From contig CAWFKG010000018.1 of NCBI GenBank assembly GCA_963816365.1, positions 24,950 to 88,949 on the forward strand: DNA of 64,000 bases. Direction: 5' to 3'. The position numbers and the translations under genes are program-made. Position 1 is the stretch's first letter. Every line of letters begins with the position of its first letter. The notes under the pieces are model-generated. The model did no database searches, was not told where the DNA came from, and worked only from the letters and a program-made list of their open reading frames with translations. This document shows, piece after piece, positions 60,666 through 64,000 of this stretch. The stretch is from an uncultured Bacteroidales bacterium (GTDB lineage: Bacteria; Bacteroidota; Bacteroidia; Bacteroidales; VadinHA17).

Positions 60666-61646
60666 ATGAGCTACATTAAATCCACAATAATATTTTTTTG
60701 TCTTATTGTATTTTTGGGATGCAATCAAAGGAAACCGGTTCAAAATCAGATTAATTCACTTGCAGGATCCAGGAGCGAGCTTTCAGGATCTTTCACTGTC
60801 AGCGGAGCTTACGCTTTATATCCTATGGTAAGGAAATGGAGTGATGACTTTATGAAGATGCATCCCTCTGTCAGAGTTGTTGTTGGTTCAGGAGGAACAG
60901 AGCAGGGAATTGCAGACCTGCAGGGAAAGAAGAGCCAGCTTGCGATGATCTCAAGACCTTTGACCGATGAAGAGTACGGAGCAGGAATCTGGACACTACC
61001 TGTAGCCAAAGACGGTGTAGCAGTCATTATGAATCAGAAGAATCCATATTTTAAGAGAATCTTAAATCAGGGATTGAGTCCTGAGGAGTTATTAAGAGTT
61101 TTCACAAGCGATAAACCGGTAACCTGGGGTGAACTGCTTGACACAACTGGCAAAGAGAAAGTAGCAGTCTTTAAAAGAGTAGAGGAATCGGGCGCATCCG
61201 ATGTTTTCGCAAATTTTCTTAATAAAGAATCTACCGACCTCAAGGGAACAATGGTCATTAGTGATGAGGAGATGATTAAAAGTGTTCAGGACAATCCTCT
61301 GGCAATTGGTTTCAGTAATTTCTCCTATGCATTCGAAATAACCTCAGGCGAGCGAAGAAAAGATATTCAGATAATACCTGCAGATCTCGATTATGATAAC
61401 AAAATTGACAGTAAAGAATTACCATTCAGTAACCTGGACAAGGCACACCGGGGATTATGGCTTGGATTATACCCCAAAAACCTGTGTCGAGAGCTCCTTA
61501 TCGGCTCTGAAGGAAAGCCCACAGATCGGGCTGTAATTGAGTTCTTAAAATATATTCTGACTGAAGGGCAGAATGAAATTAAGACTTTCGGATTATGTGA
61601 GCTGAATGATGTTTATGTTAGCTATGCTCTCGACAAACTAAAATAG
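60666..61646 (+). CDS. PstS-family (PBP-like) substrate-binding lipoprotein, orphan
   Basis: Intact 326-aa ORF with lipobox FLGC. It has VSGAYALYPMV.KW...F...P.V.V.V...GGTEQGIADL..G...LAMISRPL..EE, typical of phosphate-binding PBP_like_2 proteins. No pstCAB genes are adjacent. Confidence 0.72.
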   Translation: MSYIKSTIIFFCLIVFLGCNQRKPVQNQINSLAGSRSELSGSFTVSGAYALYPMVRKWSDDFMKMHPSVRVVVGSGGTEQGIADLQGKKSQLAMISRPLTDEEYGAGIWTLPVAKDGVAVIMNQKNPYFKRILNQGLSPEELLRVFTSDKPVTWGELLDTTGKEKVAVFKRVEESGASDVFANFLNKESTDLKGTMVISDEEMIKSVQDNPLAIGFSNFSYAFEITSGERRKDIQIIPADLDYDNKIDSKELPFSNLDKAHRGLWLGLYPKNLCRELLIGSEGKPTDRAVIEFLKYILTEGQNEIKTFGLCELNDVYVSYALDKLK

Positions 61647-61654
61647 CAGATAAT

Positions 61655-62275
61655 TCATTTGGTGCCGAACAGTCTGTCTCCTGCATCTCCAAGACCTGGT
61701 ACGATATAGCCGTGCTCATTAAGCTTTTCATCAAGCCCAGCCAGATATATCTGAACATCAGGATGATCATCCATTATTCGTTGAACTCCCTGAGGAGCGC
61801 CTATAACACAAACCAATTTTATGGATTTTGCCCCGTTGCTTTTCAGTACACTGATTGCATCAGTTGCACTACCTCCGGTTGCGAGCATAGGATCAAGCAC
61901 CATTACAACAGCATCAGGCAGATTGTCAGGGAACTTCGAATAATAGGTCACTGGTTTAAGTGTGACATGATCACGATACATACCAATATGTCCTATTCTT
62001 GCAGTCGGTATCAGGTTTGATATACCATCGACCATTCCTAATCCTGCTCTTAGCACCGGTACAAGAACAACATCCATGGCCAGCTCCTGAGTGTTGCATT
62101 TTCCGATTGGAGTTTCAACCGTAATATTTCTGACGGGGAGATCACGTGTAATTTCGTAAGCCATAAGTCCGGCAATCTCTTCAAGTGTTTCCCGGAAATC
62201 TTTGGTATCGGTTTCCTTACGTCGCAGGAGGGTAAGCTTATGAGTAAGCAGAGGGTGTTTGAGTACATTAAGCAT
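61655..62275 (-). CDS. upp: Uracil phosphoribosyltransferase
   Basis: Intact 206-aa ORF: HPL..HKLT.LR...T....FR....E...[37 protein letters not shown]. Confidence 0.96.
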   Translation of the reverse strand: MLNVLKHPLLTHKLTLLRRKETDTKDFRETLEEIAGLMAYEITRDLPVRNITVETPIGKCNTQELAMDVVLVPVLRAGLGMVDGISNLIPTARIGHIGMYRDHVTLKPVTYYSKFPDNLPDAVVMVLDPMLATGGSATDAISVLKSNGAKSIKLVCVIGAPQGVQRIMDDHPDVQIYLAGLDEKLNEHGYIVPGLGDAGDRLFGTK

Positions 62276-62298
62276 TGGGCAACAGGAATTAATGGAAA

Positions 62299-63906
62299 TT
62301 AATAGTTGAACATTTTCAAAGTTAATTTTAAGTTTCTTTGATGCTCAACAATTCGCAGTAATCTAACCATGGAATTATTTATTTGGTCCTTAAAATGGTC
62401 ATGTTTTAATTCAATATCTTTCCTGAAGTGCTTTAATTTCACACTATGGTCCACGTCGTATTTTCCCGATTCAAACAGGTTTAATAATTCCTTCATTTGA
62501 TCCAGCAAATACAGGTTGGATTCAGAAATTGTGTTCTTTATTTCCTGTGAGATTAATGATACTTCAGTGGTCAGGTCAAAATAGTGTGAGAATACTGATA
62601 TATAATTTCTTGCCCATTTTGAAATATTTGAAAGCCCATCTGAATCACTGAGCCAATTGATCAGACAATCTTTAATAAAGGAATAATAATGATTCATCGA
62701 TTCCTCAAAAAAATCATAATCATAAAATCCGGGCATTCCTTTTAATCTTCCCTCATTCCTGAGTTGATCTTCAACAGGCGTGGAACAATAGGGCATCAAC
62801 TTAAGGAAGTTGACAGGGGAATAGCCATCGCCGCATAAATCTCTTAAGAAATCGAGATTATTATTTACTGTGATAAAGGTGGACGATGGCTGGAAAAGCA
62901 TAAATCCATAATCGAATCCTATTCCAAGCCTTTTGAGAATATCGATACCCGACAGGCATTTTGCTGCGGTCATATGTTTATTTAATATATTCAAGCCATT
63001 GTCTGTCCCGTCTTCTATGCCCAAAAAAACCAGGTACAAACCGTGTTCTTTCATTAAGGAAAATTTTTCAACATCGACTTCATCAGGGCGGCAGTTTATT
63101 TTCCATATGATTTTTCGGGACAGATTTTTAAGCTCCAATTCATTGCAGAAACTTCTTATCCATTCTGAACCCCCAACTGATTTAACAGGAAAATCATCAT
63201 CCTGAAACAGGAATACCGAACAATCCATTTTTTGATGGAGTGATTCTATCTCCAGAACTACGTTGCCGGGCTTTCTTACACGTTTATAAGGTCCGGAGGA
63301 TTGCCTGTAATATTCTCGCAGATAGCAGAATGAACAGTTGTTAACACAGCCTCTTGATGCAAGAAGGGTTGCAAATTTCCTATCAAGGGCATATTCTTTC
63401 AGGGGTGACCGAAAAGGGATAGGAAATTTATCAAGGTCCTCTTCAACAGGGCGTAGAGGATTAACTTTTATTTTACTATTCCATTTAAAGGCAATCCCAT
63501 CAATTTTTTTCCAGTCTGTTCCAGCATAAATATGATTTACGAGATCAAGAAAAGTATATTCGCCTTCAAACCTTACAACCGAATCGAGTGACGGAATAGT
63601 TTCGAAAAGATCTTCATACCTTAAGCTGGCATATTGACCCCCTGCAGTGAAGTGGCATAATACGCCACCTGTTCTGAGATACCTGATTAAATCTTCAAAT
63701 TCGTAAATATGATACTGAAAGATCACTGAAAATCCGACTATTAGTGGTTTTAATCCTCTAATTGCCTCAAGAATCTTTTCTTTTCCAAGTCTGAAATCAA
63801 CGAGTGTTGATTTATATCCGTTCCCGGATAATACAGCTGCCAGATAACCGATACCAAGATTATCAAATTGCTCAAAAGCGACAAATGCTATGGGAATGGT
63901 ATTCAT
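62299..63906 (-). CDS. B12-binding domain radical SAM protein (class B), function unknown
   Basis: Intact 535-aa ORF. It has an N-terminal Rossmann-like cobalamin-binding segment (IAFVAF...GIGYLAAVL...PLIVGFSV), the radical SAM cluster motif [11 protein letters not shown], and a long helical C-terminal extension. Confidence 0.8.
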   Translation of the reverse strand: MNTIPIAFVAFEQFDNLGIGYLAAVLSGNGYKSTLVDFRLGKEKILEAIRGLKPLIVGFSVIFQYHIYEFEDLIRYLRTGGVLCHFTAGGQYASLRYEDLFETIPSLDSVVRFEGEYTFLDLVNHIYAGTDWKKIDGIAFKWNSKIKVNPLRPVEEDLDKFPIPFRSPLKEYALDRKFATLLASRGCVNNCSFCYLREYYRQSSGPYKRVRKPGNVVLEIESLHQKMDCSVFLFQDDDFPVKSVGGSEWIRSFCNELELKNLSRKIIWKINCRPDEVDVEKFSLMKEHGLYLVFLGIEDGTDNGLNILNKHMTAAKCLSGIDILKRLGIGFDYGFMLFQPSSTFITVNNNLDFLRDLCGDGYSPVNFLKLMPYCSTPVEDQLRNEGRLKGMPGFYDYDFFEESMNHYYSFIKDCLINWLSDSDGLSNISKWARNYISVFSHYFDLTTEVSLISQEIKNTISESNLYLLDQMKELLNLFESGKYDVDHSVKLKHFRKDIELKHDHFKDQINNSMVRLLRIVEHQRNLKLTLKMFNY

Positions 63907-64000
63907 ATTCTTTCAGAAAAAAAAACAGACAGGTTCATTGGCTCGAGATTGCGTCATACTAATCTTAAACATTAGTTTCTATCCACTGAAATATGATTTC

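Noticed and set aside
1-64000. A genomic island, prophage or defence locus
   Set aside because: I found no integrase, transposase, recombinase, phage structural, restriction-modification, toxin-antitoxin, retron/DGR reverse transcriptase or cas-like ORFs. The single tRNA-Leu is flanked by housekeeping genes (tig, lptB) with no attachment-site-like direct repeat that I could see.

Overview
This window looks like an AT-rich chromosomal segment from a Bacteroidota-type genome. The supporting signs are TAnnTTTG-type promoter motifs, almost no Shine-Dalgarno sites, many lipoproteins, SusB-like GH97 and GH3 genes, and tig-clpP-clpX and purH-mreBCD-mrdA-rodA gene orders. I can support about 55 protein-coding genes and one tRNA-Leu. 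Nearly all are housekeeping: ahcY, greA, ruvC, serS, rpmA/rplU, thyA/folA, clpXP/tig, lptB, tatC, recQ, carAB, argR-argG-argH, rsmA, purH, the mre/rod cell-shape cluster, pgi and upp. I recognised no cas genes, transposase, integrase, phage genes or toxin-antitoxin/defence genes, and no rRNA.

Three things stand out.

1. About 22 genes, including essential single-copy ones, have broken reading frames. I estimate at least 45 breaks by eye. They are dense in the first ~26 kb, sparser up to 52 kb, and absent after that. This most likely reflects consensus or assembly quality rather than biology.

2. The intergenic DNA carries several non-coding repeat families:
- a hierarchical tandem array at 57.5-58.4 kb (ten 55-bp units inside four ~191/301-bp higher-order repeats), which shares its C-run/G-run hairpin termini with a ~156-bp single-copy element at 5.74-5.89 kb;
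- a ~470-bp nested-palindrome, MITE-like element at 54.7-55.2 kb;
- nested inverted repeats around a gutted DUF559 gene at 5.2-5.8 kb;
- CGCAAAG/CTTTGCG hairpin elements.

3. There are candidate regulatory sites and uncharacterised proteins:
- tandem ARG-box-like palindromes overlapping the argR promoter;
- a terminator-like leader in front of greA;
- a 1037-aa ABCG-like transporter with a TerB-like N-terminal module;
- an orphan B12-binding radical SAM protein;
- an L21 with a long Lys/Ala-rich tail.

I did not find a clear novel multi-gene system. The repeat array and its dispersed relative are the most unusual objects here.
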